This document shows, piece by piece, positions 13,254 to 27,000 of a DNA stretch of 64,000 bases. The stretch covers positions 46,872,001-46,936,000 of the forward strand of contig OZ024752.1 in assembly GCA_964016885.1 (NCBI GenBank), in the 5' to 3' direction. The notes below the pieces were generated by a model. The model made no database searches. It saw only the letters and a list, made by a program, of their open reading frames with translations, and had not been told where the DNA came from. Numbering within the stretch: the stretch's first letter is position 1; the number at the start of each line of letters is the position of its first letter. The stretch is from Eledone cirrhosa. Taxonomy: Eukaryota. Made by a program: the position numbers and the translations under genes.

Positions 13254-13453
13254 TTAAGATTTCCAGTCTTTCTTGATCTCAAAAGACCATTCCCACTTGA
13301 GATACTCACAACCATCATCATCAACAAATTTACTGCTCACAGTGTAAGTACCACGACTAATCATTCCTGATGGAGCATCTTCACTGGGTGTCAAATAACT
13401 TATGAGATCTTTTGAAGGAGCATAGCTCCCCACCATATGGTCAAAGCTATCAA
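13254..13453 (-). CDS. RhoGDI: RhoGDI last coding exon
   Basis: TTTTCAG acceptor. Translates (V)DSFDHMVGSYAPSKDLISYLTPSEDAPSGMISRGTYTVSSKFVDDDGCEYLKWEWSFEIKKDWKS*. The four exons total 630 nt, i.e. 209 aa plus stop. Confidence 0.95.
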
Positions 13454-13525
13454 CTGAAAATAAAGTAACAAAATATTTTAGTATTTCAGAATATGATAGA
13501 AAACAAATATTTTTCATTTCATAAT

Positions 13526-13753
13526 TTAACCCTTTAGCATTTAAACCGGCTGTATCCGGCCAGAATTCTCTCACCTCTTTCTGTTCAAAACGGTTGTAAA
13601 CAACCACTCATACCGACATTAAGGTATTGTTCTCAAAATAAATAATATCAAAATCTCAGAGATTCGATATTATGTGAGATAATTATAAAGATAAAGCCTT
13701 TACCATGAAAATACAATAGTATATATAGAGTAATGTAAATGCTAAAGGGTTAA
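13526..13753 (+). mobile_element. piggyBac-type MITE (about 225 bp)
   Basis: TTAA|CCCTTTAGCATTTA ... TAAATGCTAAAGGG|TTAA: CCC/GGG termini with TTAA target duplication, as in piggyBac. Confidence 0.85.
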
Positions 13754-13784
13754 AAGAGACGACAACTTCTCCTCAGCCTCATCT

Positions 13785-13918
13785 AGACTGAAGGAAAGGG
13801 TCACCATAGCTCATGATTGATCTTCCAGACTGAATGAAAGGGTCACCATAGCTCATGATTGATCTTCTAGACTGAATGAAAGGGTCACCATAGCTCATGA
13901 TTGATCTTCCAGACTGAA
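13785..13918. repeat. 42-bp tandem repeat x3
   Basis: AGACTGAATGAAAGGGTCACCATAGCTCATGATTGATCTTCC. Confidence 0.9.
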
Positions 13919-14370
13919 AAGATGTTTCGTATACTCTTGTTTTACATTAAAATGCCCCCAAAAGGTTGCATCTCAGTAACTTTTTGGGGCATTTTAATGT
14001 AAAGCAAGAGTAAATGAAACATCTTGCTCAAGAACACAACATATCACCCAATACATGAATCAAACCTATGACATTATCACGAGACCAACACTAACCATTA
14101 GGCCACGTACCCTAACACTCTAGATTAGTGGGTTGCTTGATTTTCTTGAAAAGCAACAACCTCACCTCTAACTATCCAAGAACTCGGAATATATCATATA
14201 AGAAGAAGAACAAGTTTTTTATAGTCATTGTCTCTACAAAAGCTATGTTCACCATGACAAACATCAGAGTCTTTTTTATACCTTCGATTTTAAAAAGCAG
14301 CATCACCAGTTGTAACTATAAAAAAAAAAGAAGCCTAAAACCCACCAAAAACCCCAGAAAATATGCATAC

Positions 14371-14511
14371 CTTTGATGCCTTTGCGATATACAGATTGGA
14401 AATATTTCAAACCACAGACAATTTCTCGTTGGACATGAAAATCAATCTGCATGCGATATTTGCAGCCTTCTTTTATAACAAATGGACTATTTTTGAGTTT
14501 GCTCAGGTCAC
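14371..14511 (-). CDS. RhoGDI: RhoGDI coding exon 3
   Basis: TTCACAG acceptor and GTATGC donor, 141 nt. Translates (G)DLSKLKNSPFVIKEGCKYRMQIDFHVQREIVCGLKYFQSVYRKGIK, the typical RhoGDI Ig-like domain. Confidence 0.93.
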
Positions 14512-15115
14512 CTGTGAAAAGATAATGTTAAGACAACATGTTAACTATGGCAAGATTTTCTACTTTTAACCCTTTCCTTACTTTATTACTAAGGAAAGAC
14601 ACCAGTCAATTTTTAAATAATATTGAAAAAAATAATATTTATACACACACATATATTTATATATATATATGTGCGTGAACGACAAAGCAGGGATGAACTG
14701 AGAGAGAAACTTGGTATAAGAATAATCAGATGAAAGAGAGAAGACTCCACTGGTAAGGAAATGTGATGTGCATGGATGATGATTGCTGGGCGAAGAAATC
14801 CCAGGTTAGTAGCTACTACAGGGAATCAAAGTTTGAATCACTGAAATTTTGGCCCTAGTCAATGAGCTAAATGACCTCCGACAAATTTTGCTCTATATTA
14901 GATATAAACAGCTTTGGGTGCAAATAATATTCTATAGAAACTATTGGAACATAGGGTAGTGTTGACCATATGAGTAAGATGAGGTCTCTCTGACCTGCCT
15001 GGTCATAGACCATGACTACAAGTCTTTCTGACCTGTCCAACCCATGCCAGTATAGAAGGCAGACATAAACTGCTGATGATGATGATAATGTTAATCTATT
15101 ATTTTGAAAATTTAC

Positions 15116-15199
15116 CTGTGAGCGAGATAACTACATCTGGTCTTGAATCTACTTTTAACATCAGTGTTTTCAGAATTACTTTGTTGGGGTTTTCAGGAA
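15116..15199 (-). CDS. RhoGDI: RhoGDI coding exon 2
   Basis: TTTTCAG acceptor and GTAAA donor, 84 nt, phase 1-1. Translates (F)PENPNKVILKTLMLKVDSRPDVVISLT(G), in frame with neighbouring exons. Confidence 0.9.
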
Positions 15200-15556
15200 C
15201 TGAAAATAAATAAATAAAACAAAATTTTTATGAACGAAAAAAAAAAAAAATTCATCACACAAGTACAGAACATCAACATATAGAAAACAGTAGAACCAGT
15301 TCTATAGAAAATTAACTCAAAAATACCATCGTTCAGCATTTGCTTTTTGTACCGAGTGGACACTTACATTGTGTCCAAGACGTTACAACCTCCCAGTAGT
15401 GGATTACAATAAAGCACAACCAATACATTCTGTAAAAAGTGAGAATGTAAGCAAGGTGCAGCCCCAGGGGCTATCAGAGAGATCAGAAGCTTTGATTAAG
15501 TATTGACTTGGTCTGTGACAGCCCATCCAATCTTTGTTAGCAAGGAAAAACAGACA

Positions 15557-15834
15557 TTAACCCTTTAGCATTTACATTACTCTATATATACACTATTGTA
15601 TTTTGCGGTAAAGACTTAAACCCTTTAATGTTCAAACCGGCCAGAATTCTCTACCTTTTTCTGTTGAAACTGGCTGTAACTGGCCACTCAAACTGATGTT
15701 AAGGCATTGTTCTCAAAATAAATACTTTCAAAATCTCATAGATTCGATATTATGTGAGATAATTATGCGAGATAAAGCCTTTACCATGAAAATACAATAA
15801 TATATACAGAATAATGTAAATTCTAAAGGGTTAA
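15557..15834. mobile_element. piggyBac-type MITE, composite (partial reverse copy plus full forward copy)
   Basis: Same internal sequence and TIRs as 13526-13753. Confidence 0.8.
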
Positions 15835-16044
15835 ATAAGTAGAAGACCAGGAAAAGTTGATTTTATTTACAGCAGTACATGATTAGTGCATTACTTTATT
15901 GATCTAAGAAGGATGAAAGGCAAATCTTAGCATGAAGGAATTAGAACTTGGAATATTAAGAACCAAACAAATACTATATTATGTCTGAACCTGTCCAACC
16001 CATGAAAGCATAGAATTAAACGTAAAATAGCAAAGATGATGAAA

Positions 16045-16657
16045 TAATAATTGTTTCTACTATTGGCACAAGGCCAGCAATGACACCAGTGCATTACTGG
16101 TACTTTATTTTATCGACCCTGTAAAGTTGAAAGGCAAAGTTATGCTCAGCGGGATTTGAACTCAGAATGTACAAGGCCGTAACTCTATGCCGCGAAGCAT
16201 GGTGTCCGACGCTCTACCAATTACTGCCACCCACCACCCTTGACGATGAAATAATAATTATTTCTACTTTTGGCACAAGGCCAGCAATGACACCAGTGCA
16301 TTACTGGTACTTTATTTTATCGACCCCCGTAAGGATGAAAGGCAAAGTCAACCTCGGCGGGATTTGAACTCAGATCGTAAAGGGACGTAACTCTATGCTG
16401 GAAAGCATGGCGTCCGACCCTCCACCGATTACTGAAATAATAATTGTTTCTTATATAGGCACAAGGCCAGCAATTTTGGCGGAGGGGAAAGTCGATTAAA
16501 TCGACCCCAGTGCGTGACTGGTACTTTATTTTATCGACCCCGTAAGGATGAAAGGCAAAGTCAACCTCGGCGGGATTTGAACTCAGATCGTAAAGGGACG
16601 TAACTCTATGCTGGAAAGCATGGTGTCCGACCCTCCACCGATTACTGAAATAATAAT
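16045..16657 (-). mobile_element. Head-to-tail array of three SINE C copies in a RhoGDI intron
   Basis: TACTGGTACTTTATTTTATCGACCC..AAGGATGAAAGGCAAAG units repeated three times; array ends about 17 bp from the exon donor. Confidence 0.85.
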
Positions 16658-16673
16658 GTCAGAAATTACTTAC

Positions 16674-16878
16674 AGATTATGACATTGGTACTTTCAGCAG
16701 CGAAACCAAGCAACTTCTGCTTATACCTTACTAAACTGTCATCATCCTCATCGGCCTTTAGAATGTCACTAATAGACTTCTCTGCTGGACGTTGATAATT
16801 CAACGCTGGCTCTGCTTCTTCTTCTTCCTCCTCTTTTTCTCCCTCCTTTCCTAAGTATGACTCTTCTGTTTCAGCCAT
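16674..16878 (-). CDS. RhoGDI: Rho GDP-dissociation inhibitor, coding exon 1
   Basis: MAETEESYLGKEGEKEEEEEEAEPALNYQRPAEKSISDILKADEDDDSLVRYKQKLLG: acidic N-terminus plus the conserved NY.P.A.KS...D.DD.SL..YK..LLG arm. Acceptor TTCAG lies 1 nt before the ATG; phase-1 GTAAGT donor. Confidence 0.93.
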
Positions 16879-16944
16879 CCTGAACAAAAACACAAATATA
16901 ATAGAAATAGGTAAATAAATAAAGAACACGAATTCTCACAAAAG

Positions 16945-17748
16945 TACCGGATTTCCTGGCGTCGAAGGGGCTTCGTCCTTCAAGGCCCCCACCCTAATTT
17001 TGACAACCAAAAATTTGAAGAAAGGGAGAGAAAGAAAGAGGGAAGGAAGGAAAGAAAGAGAGGGAGAGGGAGAAAGTGAGGAAGAGACAAAAGGAGAAGG
17101 AGAGAGAAGGCGCTTCATCCTTGACGACCCACCCGAATTTTGACAACCAAAAATTTGAAGAAAGGGAGAGAAAGAAAGAGGGAAGGAAGGAAAGAAAGAG
17201 AGGGAGAAAGTGAGGAAGAGACAAAAGGAGAGTGAGAGAGAAGGCGCTTCGTCCTTGACGACCCACCCTAATTTTGACAACCAAAAATTTGAAGAAAGGG
17301 AGAGAAAGAAAGAGGGAAGGAAAGAGAGAGAGGGAGAAAGTGAGGAAGAGAGAAGGCGCTTCGTCCTTGGCGACCCACCCTAATTTTGACAACCAAAAAT
17401 TTGAAGAAAAATAATAAACAACCTTCGGCCTCCGGGACGCATGGTAGAAAAATAATTGTTTCTATTTTTTGGCACAAGGCCAGCGATTAACCAGTGCATT
17501 ACTGGTACTTTATTTTATCGACCACGTAAGGATGAAAGGCAAAGTTAACCTCGGCAGGATTTGAACTCAGAATGGCAAGGGCCGCAACTCTATGCGTCAA
17601 AGCATGGCGTCCGACCCTCTACCCATACTGCCAATTCACTCATTGGAAGAAAAATAATAAACAACCTTCGGCCCCCGGGATACTTGGTAGATTTTTTTAG
17701 ACTTATTTTAGGAAAAAAGTAGCATCTTCGACGCCAGGAAATATGGTA
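16945..17748. mobile_element. Non-autonomous TIR element (pogo/Tc1-mariner-like) with internal tandem repeats and a SINE C insertion
   Basis: TACCGGATTTCCTGGCGTCGAAG at 16945 is inverted against CTTCGACGCCAGGAAATATGGTA ending 17748, with TA ends. Internal unit of about 110-130 bp repeated about 3.5 times. Confidence 0.7.
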
Positions 17749-18025
17749 TATAAAGGCTCTTCCAGAGCGTCTCCCTCACCATTTTCCGGGGACAAACCTT
17801 GTCTATTCTGTCTGCCAAGGCCGTAGGACAGCCAGCACATGGGCCACTATTTGCTCATAATAGTAAGGGATGGAGAGAGTGAGAGAGAGACAGAGGCTGC
17901 GACAGTGAGAGTTTGGTTCTTTTGTATTAGGACCTGGTGTATATGATTCACAAACACACTGACACTGACACTGACATATTCATGATCAATGACACACATC
18001 GTTATAATTACATACATATTGATAT

Positions 18026-18345
18026 ATCATCATCATCATCATCATTTTACATCCGCTTTTCCCTGCTTGCAAGGGTGGGACGGGAACTGTTTCTGGCTTG
18101 ATTTCTACAGTTGGATGGCCTTCCTAACACCAACCTCATTTAGTGTGGGCTGGGTGCTTTTTTGCCGTGGCACCTACACGACCACTTTGCAGTCCCTATC
18201 ATCTCATTTCTACAGCTGAGTAAACTGGAGCAATGTGAAATAAAGTGTCTTGCTCAAGGAAACAACACATCACCCGGTTTGAGAATTGAACTCACAACCT
18301 TTCGATTGCAAGCTTAATGCTCTAACCACTAGGCCATGTGCCTCC
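18026..18345 (-). mobile_element. SINE family A copy (small internal deletions)
   Basis: Reverse complement of family A; hairpin arm partly deleted. Confidence 0.85.
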
Positions 18346-18619
18346 AATATATATATTTATATCAGTTGATAATTACACTCATATTTTTAAAAAATTGGGC
18401 CTGAATAAACATGTTCATCTTTTTTGCCCTGAATTTCTGATGTAATTCGTAAGGGGCTTCATTGTGATGAGTGTCTCTCTTGGGCATTTAAACTCAGCAG
18501 AGCACATTCCACTCCAGGTCTCTACACAACTAATTTCTTCTTTCACAGAAAGAGAAAGTGAAAGAAAAATAATCAACCACAGTACTTGACTGAAAGAAAT
18601 GAAGCTCACATACTCTGAT

Positions 18620-18930
18620 AGATGTACAACAGTAGTGTGCATGAATGACAAAGCATCAATGAATTGAAAGAGAAACTAGGCATAAAAGGGGTCAGTTACA
18701 GTGTACAGGAGAGGAGATTGCATTGGTTTGGACATGTGATATGTATGGAGGATGACAGCTGTATAAAGAGATGCAAGACACTCTAAGTTGATGGTAACTA
18801 TGGAAGAGAAAGACATAGGAAAACTTTGGATAACGTGATAAAAGCTAATCTTGCCCATTTAAACCTCACAAAGGAGGTTACACAGGAACTAGAGAACTCT
18901 GGTGTTATGCTGTACTGCAGAAGACCCCTA
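18620..18930 (+). mobile_element. Old RTE LINE 3' fragment
   Basis: LKEKLGIKGVSYSVQERRLHWFGHV..MEDDSCIKRC; a similar remnant lies at 14671-14805. Confidence 0.75.
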
Positions 18931-19583
18931 CCCCCACATGCAGAAGATACACTAGCCTACAACAATCCTCTTTACTTCTCTTTCGGCCTTAATACACCAA
19001 TCATACCTAAATATCCTACACACCTAATCGATGTTGAAGTCACTTACCTGCACCCCACCCACGCTCAGACACCTCACCTGCGCCTAGACACACACAACAT
19101 TTGACCTCCCACAATATAGTATCATCACTAAAAGTACGAAGTCTACTCTGTATGCTGATCTAGAACCACAATAATACAAGCACCCAATCCATCCTGTAAC
19201 ATACATGAATAGTGTTCAGAATGGAAGGCCATCCAGCTGTAGAAACCAACCCCAAAAATACAGATCGGTACGAGCAGGACTTGGTCTCAACCTGAATTGG
19301 CTCATAACGTGACAACCTGTCTAACCCATGCAAACATGGAAAATTGATGTTATACAATGATGATCATCATCTTTAAAACCTCCATGCTTCCTGAGATTCG
19401 CCAACATTACACCTGATATTCCCCCTCGATACACACGCACATAAGTATATCATGACTCGTGCACTGTTCACTTCCTTGACATTTGTATATTATTCTATGT
19501 ACTATATATGCACCTTTGATGTGTTGTAGTGCACCTGAGCACTGTACACAATAATTTCATTATTATTATTATCATCATTAAAG

Positions 19584-19772
19584 GGAGGTGAATTGGCAGT
19601 ATCGGTAGAGGGTCGGACATGCTTTCCAGCATAGTTACGTCCCTTTACGATCTGAGTTCAAATCTCGCCAAGGTTAACTTTGCCTTTCATCCTTACAGGG
19701 TCGATAAAATAAAGTACCAGTAATGTACTGAGTATGTGCTGGCCTTGTGCCAAAAATAGAAACAATTATTAT
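19584..19772 (+). mobile_element. SINE C copy
   Basis: Match to family C. Further copies near 1990-2160, 17455-17640, 21780-21965, 31530-31820, 42920-43032 and 48878-49065. Confidence 0.82.
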
Positions 19773-20314
19773 TATCATCATCACCATCATCATAGATAAT
19801 ACCAGTTTGATAAGTGGCTTTAAGTACTTAAACTACAGGCTCCTAAGTCACTGCTAAAGCTTCACAGTTATAATAAACATTATTACTGATTTATATATTA
19901 AAGCTTTACTTTAAATGTATTAATTGATCCATCATTAGCTGGCAATGTGTTTCAGTGATACGGGGCTGCCATCATCACTGGCAGACAACACACTTTTGTT
20001 AAGCAGCTTGACTGACACACACACAGTTGTTGGCAAAGAGGATATATGCATATACATATGTACAATATATATACCTATATATATATATACACACACATAT
20101 ATATATATATGTCTGACCCTCTACCGATACTGCCAATTCACCACCTTTTAATGATGATAATAATAATAATAATAATAATTGTTTCTACTGTTGGCACAAG
20201 GCCAGCAAATACCCCAGTGCATTACTGGTACTAATAATAATGAATATATATATATAAATACATACATATATATACATACATATATAGACTATATAACAAA
20301 TTCAATTCAGATGT

Positions 20315-20660
20315 GGAGGCACATGGCCTAGTGGTTAGAGCATTGGCTTTGCAATCGAAAGGTTGTGAGTTCAATTCTCAGACCGGGTGATGTGTTGTTT
20401 CCTTGAGCAAGACACTTTATTTCACATTGCTCCAGTTTACTCAGCTGTAGAAATGAGATGATAGGGACTGGGGTCCATATCATACCACTGTAAAGTGGTC
20501 GTGGAGGTGCCACGGCAAAAAAGCACCCAGCACTCACTGTAAATGAGGTTGGTGTTAGGAAGGGCATCCAGCTGTAGAAATCAAGCCAGAATCAGTTCCC
20601 GTCCCACCCTTGCAAGCAGGGAATAAGCGGACGTAAAATGAAATGATGATGATGATGATG
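20315..20660 (+). mobile_element. SINE family A copy
   Basis: Full-length match to family A. Confidence 0.9.
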
Positions 20661-20751
20661 ATAGAGAAGCCGTCTTAAATCATTTAATGCTTTACAATTG
20701 TTTCAATACATCAGTCAGTTTTTAAATCCTCTTCAATTAACTGTGTATGTA

Positions 20752-20803
<52 letters not shown>

Positions 20804-21035
20804 AGAAGCAGTGAAGCAGAACTCCAGGAGTTTACCACCAGACTTGAAAATGTATTGGGAGTATATGGAATGGAAAAGAGCAAGATTCTGGTTATTAGTA
20901 ATAATCAGAATATAGCAATCAACATCTCAAAAGGAGACCCTGACAAGACTCTCCCTGGCCACTTCTGCCAGAGTAAAGTAAAATGTGTATTGAAAAACTG
21001 TGTATGTTGGCAAAAGGTTCTTAAACAGTGCATCC

Positions 21036-21242
21036 TTAACCCTTTAACATTTAAACCGGCTGTGTATCTGGCTAGAATTTTCTCACCTTTTCTGTTCTAA
21101 CTCGCCACTCATACTTATGTTAAGGTATTGTTCTCAAAATAAATATCATCAAAATCTCATAGATTCGATATTATGTGAGATAAAGCCTTTACCGTGAAAA
21201 TATAATAGTAAATACAGAGTAATGTAAATGCTAAAGGGTTAA
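21036..21242 (+). mobile_element. piggyBac-type MITE
   Basis: TTAACCCTTTA...CTAAAGGGTTAA. Confidence 0.85.
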
Positions 21243-22659
21243 AGTAAAACAGATTTGATTTCCGAAATCTGTCCCAAGGAGAAGGTTTTGGGACACATGG
21301 ACTTTATTACTTCTGAAGAACATAAAAGAAAAACAAATACATAAACATAAGCTTTATGTAATTTCTATTAATGAATAAATCCATTAATTAATGAGTGAAA
21401 GGTGATAGATAGCTAATCAGATTAATTAATAGACCTCAATGACACATAAGGTATTTTTTTTTTTCATCATCCGTCGAAATACTCTTTTCTTCTGTCTATC
21501 TGTCTTTTCATATCCTATTGTTTGCGTAATTTAGTGCTTAGGATCTTTGACCCACGATCATAAGGTTGTGAGTGCGATTCCTAGTGGTGCTTTATGTTCT
21601 TGAGCAAGACACTTCATTTCATGTTGCTCCTGCGAACCTTCCATAGAAACCACTTTCGGGATAATTAACGATTTATGGGGATGGACCGAAGGGGAATAAC
21701 TAATGAGAGTTGAAGCACAGGGGAGACATGGAATAAAAAACTTGGAAGAATGGGCTACTCTGTTAGTATATAATATATAATTGTTTCTACTTTAGGCACA
21801 AGGCCAGCAATTACCCAGTTCATTACTGGTACTTTATTTTATCGACCCCGTAAGGATGAAAGGCAAAGTCAACCTCGGCGGGATTTGAACTCAGATCGTT
21901 AAGGGACGTAACTATGCTGGAAAGCATGGTGTCCGACCCTCTACCGATACTGCCAATCCACCCCCCGTAATGTATGTTTCAGCTGCTTGGTGCCACAGTC
22001 AGAACTTTATCTATCTCTATACCTACTTTGCATCTCCTCATGTACTGAGTACAGTCATCATTAGTGGTCTCTTCTGTATCAGAACCATAGATCATTGTCT
22101 TTTTTTTCTCTCGTCAAACTCGCCAGAAGCTATGTTCGAAATGAGTTGTTGACTTGATATTTTTCCTATTTTTCCTCTCTTTATGTTGCTTCACCCTTCG
22201 TGTCTGTTTACATTTTTTTCTCTCCCCGCCCCCTTTTTTATCCCAATAACTTATTTTAGTTATCGCTTACCCTAGGCTGAGGTATCTTGTCTCTAACATG
22301 AAGAAATACCTATGATTCCTAGCAGACAACTGACGATGGATATTACCCTCTTTCACCCGTAACTTTTATTTTCATTATGATTATATATATATATATAAAT
22401 AAATTATATATTTATTATATATATAGAAATTACTTCTACAGGACTAGAACTGTTTCATTTGTGTGAAATTATCAGGAATGATTTCATATGAATGAAACAG
22501 TTCTCATCCTATAGAAGAAGGTATTTCTATATATAATAAAGATGCCTATACTCTACCAATGTATGGAATGTACATTTTTAACAATGGTTACCCCACCGCC
22601 TGATACATCTTGGGAATCTACACATTATATATATGATATATTTAGAAAGACATTGGTTC

Positions 22660-23430
22660 ACTTAGTACCACCAGTGACCAAAAGAAAGAAGCCTGGAAAT
22701 ATTACTATGAGAGACTAATGAATGTAGAAAATGAATGGGAGTAAGAGAGAGTACCCCAAATTTACCCAATAGAGGGACCAGCTATTGAAATGGACAGTTA
22801 TAGAATCAAAGATGCAATCAAGGGGATGAAGAATGGTAAAGCCGCGGGACCATCAGAGATAGATGCTGAGAGCTAAAAGTCGAACTCATAATTCCAACTA
22901 TGGAAACAGAATTTGGAATCAAAAAGTCTAAGAGTAAACTTAGCCAAAACTAAAGTGCTTGTAAGTAGGGAAGAAGATTGGACCTGGATTCCCCCAGGGA
23001 AGTGGCCCTGCTCAATATGTAGAAAAGTAGTAGGCAAAAACTATACAATGTACACAATGTAAAGCTTGGGTGCACAAGAGATGTAGTGGGATAATGGTTA
23101 GACTAACGGGAAGGGAAGACTTTGTATGTAGAAAATACACAGGTGAAATCAAAAGGAGGAGTGTCAGTGACATAAACCTTTTCCAGTCACAGGAAGGGTC
23201 TATAGAAGTGGTTGATAGCTTCTGTTATCTAGATGACTTAATTAGCAGTGAAGGAGGGTAATCTGAGAGCATAAAAGCTAGAATAAGGATAGGATGGAAG
23301 ACGTTTAGTGGAATAACAGAAAAGGAAGACTTTTTATATAGAAAAGTGTCAGTGATATAAATCTTTTCCAATCATATGAAGGATCCATAGAAATTATTAA
23401 TGGCTTCTGCTACCCAGATGACCTAATTAA
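22660..23430 (+). mobile_element. Degenerate RTE LINE internal fragment
   Basis: AIKGMKNGKAAGPSEI, LRVNLAKTKVLVS, KWPCSICRK, HKRCSGI..., EVVDSFCYL.DLISSEGG, broken by stops and frameshifts. Confidence 0.8.
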
Positions 23431-23906
23431 CACCAGTGTGGGGGTGTACTGATGGTACTACCTTACCAGGGACATATCAACATACCAGCATAACTACTTC
23501 ATGTACCTGTCTTAGCATCTGATGATGTCACATTTGTGCCTATTAACGTTGTAACTATTGCATGATTATTAACCACCACGCCATTGAAATATGTATAATG
23601 CAATAAAACAATTGTGAACATAACAACTGTCTTAACATTATCATGTAAATTCCATTACATTTGATTGCCACCATAATGCTGGGGATATACAACTGATGTG
23701 GAGTGCTTTTTAACTGCTTAAACCCGATTATCTTCACAGCGTCACAATGTAACTTTCACAGATAAACACCCTAATTATCTGCATTATACATATATATATA
23801 TATATATATATACACCATATATACTCGCAAATAAACCGACACCCGCCCGATTTTATGTCTAACCCCTATATATAAATATAATTGTATATTCATAATATAT
23901 ATATAT

Positions 23907-24068
23907 GGTCGTGGAGGTGCCACGGAAAAAAAGCACCCAGCACTCACTGTAAATGAGGTTGGTGTTAGGAAGGGCATCCAGCTGTAGAAATCAAGCCAGA
24001 ATCAGTTGCCGTCCCACCCTTGCAAGCAGGGAAAAGCGGACGTAAAATGAAATGATGATGATGATGAT
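23907..24068 (+). mobile_element. SINE family A, 5'-truncated
   Basis: 3' half only, with (GAT)n tail. Confidence 0.85.
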
Positions 24069-27000
24069 ATCATCACCGTTTAACATCCATGCTAGCATGG
24101 GTTAGACGAGTTGTTCTGTTGTGAGATGACCCGACTTATCTCATAACAATATATATATATATATAAGGCATATAAGGAGGGCAGTGACTTTGATATAAAA
24201 ACGACTGTACGGAGCAGACATGGGCTCTGTAAGCTGTAGTGGAGGCTACCCATCTAGGAGAGTAGATATTCTAAATAAAAACTAATACAAGTTGGAGATG
24301 ACTCTTAAATATTCATTGTGATGTTAGCCATTATTTTCTTTCAAGTGAATGAGATGTCAGTCGGACTTTGAAGGGGCAACGGAGCCCGTTTCTTTGTTTA
24401 ATAAGACAAACTGAGTTATCTACCTTGAGTCATCAACATCGTCAATAGTTAGATTTGAACTTGTGACTATTTGGCCAATATAAGTCCATCACAGTAGCCT
24501 TTCAGCCACGTTGTATCCTGAAAACTAACCACCCCACAACTATTATCTATATACATAATGTTATTTCTAGTAGTTTGAACTTATTACAGCATACATCTCA
24601 CATATTTACAGAAGGATAACAGAGCACTAATTTGTGAACAAACATCATTTTACACTACTATGTCGGACATCACTTGTCATGTGTTGTGTAGGGAGGGTGC
24701 GGTCCATCCCGGACGACATTTTTGGGTATGTTGTGTAAGATTAAGCGGAACTTATTGTGCAGTATGTTGAAATTTTTGTTCGGGGGGGGGGCAGCAAACT
24801 CAAGGGTTGCCCAGAGCGATACAGTCTAGTTACGCCACGGCTTATTATGCATATATAACTTAACCTATTACGTTTAACGATGACTCCATGTTTATATTAC
24901 AGATACATCGACAAGCTATTATTCTCTTCAAGTCAGTGTAAAAAATAGTAATTATTTATCGACTGATTAACTTTCGTCAATATACAACTAGGAGTATATA
25001 TGATATGTCCTTGTAGTTGTAGTGTATTGACTAATGTAGGTGCCCGACAATATATATATAGATATATATATACACACACACATATATATATACATGGCAT
25101 TCGCATGTATATACTGCCTGGATGATTTCACACTGTGCAGACAGTCTGCCTATGTAAAATGAGTCATTGAGATAAGCGGATGTTAAACCCGGGGTCTCTC
25201 TCCTTCCTTCATTCGTAGCTATCTCAAGTTCTTTTTCTTTTTATTAAACATGTCTCTCGAAATCATTTTGATTGGTAATAAAATAGCCAAATCGTAACTT
25301 TCTTTGGAAAATGTCGCCCGTAATACTCAAGAAGTCGAGTATCTACACCCCAAGATGTATTTACAAGGAGCAAGGGTAGGATATGGTTGATTAAACCGAC
25401 TATAGTAACTGGGTAGTTTGGTAGTACTACTGAGATTCAGTAAGATCTGACAGCACCAATATACCAGCACTATCTGTATCACCACTAACCAACGTACACT
25501 ATACCATTACTAACCCCGTACACACACTATACATTAGCAACGAACTATAACCATTATTAACCATTACTAACCATGCACACCTATATTTCTTTAGAATTTT
25601 CCCTCATGAAGAATTTATGCATTTGGAGAATAAATTTGTAACAATGAATAAAATATGAATTTCTTTATTTACTCCAAGAAAACATTCTAATAGATTCAAA
25701 ACTAAACCGAAACCAATAATCACGAAATGAAGCTACTTGGAAAAATCACGTGAATAGAATCGGGTGGCTTTCGTAGCGAATTTTTTTCTCTGAAGAATTT
25801 TAACGAAGTTTCTAATTTAGGAAACGCGTATTTAATATAAAATTTGAACCTAATTAACAAAGTATTTAATACGATGCATAATAAAAGAAATGAAAAACAA
25901 AAAAAAAGACTGACACGCACACTCCACCCTCATTATATTCCGAGATAATACGCTTAAGATAATTTATATTAATTTGTAAAATAAGCTCATTTCTCATTTC
26001 TTAAGTTTTAAAATGAACTTACAATAAAGTCCACTAAGACAAAATTGTGAAAACCAAATTGAAAGAAAAAAATCGTAATAAAACATTATAATATCACACC
26101 ATTTTACAAAATAAAAACGCAAAGAATAAAAATAATGAAAAAATCCTAACTGATTATAATATATAAAGTTGTGGTCTAAAGAGACGTGGAAAAATAATAA
26201 TATACTTTGGTCAGGTTTAAAGTAAGAAGTCACTTAATTCGGTGAAAGAGTACAATAATTTATCTCTTGACACTACATCTACAATATCCTCCTTAAATAC
26301 TGTCATAATTGAAACAGGCCGGCGGCAGCAGGAGGTACATAGATAGAAGCTCAGACTATCCTTAAAAAAAGAAAAGAAAAAGCAAAGCTCTATCTTTCTG
26401 GCTTCAGTGCTGTCTGGCATGGTGTTCAACCAACTCGAAAGACAAAGCCAAGAAGTAAGCTCATAAGACAAACAATAAGAAATAGTAAAAGTGATAAACA
26501 ATACCAAGGTTTACAGAGGCAATATAAGATCTTTTCTTGGTAACAAGCTATCATTGGACTTGTGAGAAGTTTCCGTCGTTTGAGTTTAGCAACAAGGAGG
26601 ACAGTCGAAGAAGACCCAACACAGCTTCTTTGCTCGAAGTTAACCTAGCAAGTTTACTACATTGAATGAGTAATCAATAGAGACTAGCGCATTAGTTTTG
26701 ATAATTATATGTGCAATGAAATTGGTCGCATGGAGAGCGGAATCGTTTCTTCGGAGAAACTGTCGGAAGCTAGAGAAATCACAAGTTGTGATGGAATAAA
26801 ATATTTAATTAAGTTTATTATTTAGAAATAAATAAAAAAAATAATGAAATTCAGCAAAATGGCCACCAATACTAACCAAAGTTATATTTACGGCTATAAC
26901 AGAAATAATTAATAATGTATTTTCAAATATAGCATTGGGCTTTTTATATATCTATTTATAATTGTAATGTCTCAAGATTGAAATTTATAAAGTACGATAT

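Noticed and set aside
23519-23560. Isolated CTGATGA matches (also CTGACGA near 22330 and CTGAAGA near 30213)
   Set aside because: No properly placed GAAA, stem II or stem I partner; expected by chance.
26217-26507. 96-aa minus-strand ORF as an upstream RhoGDI coding exon
   Set aside because: No convincing in-frame donor and no recognisable homology.
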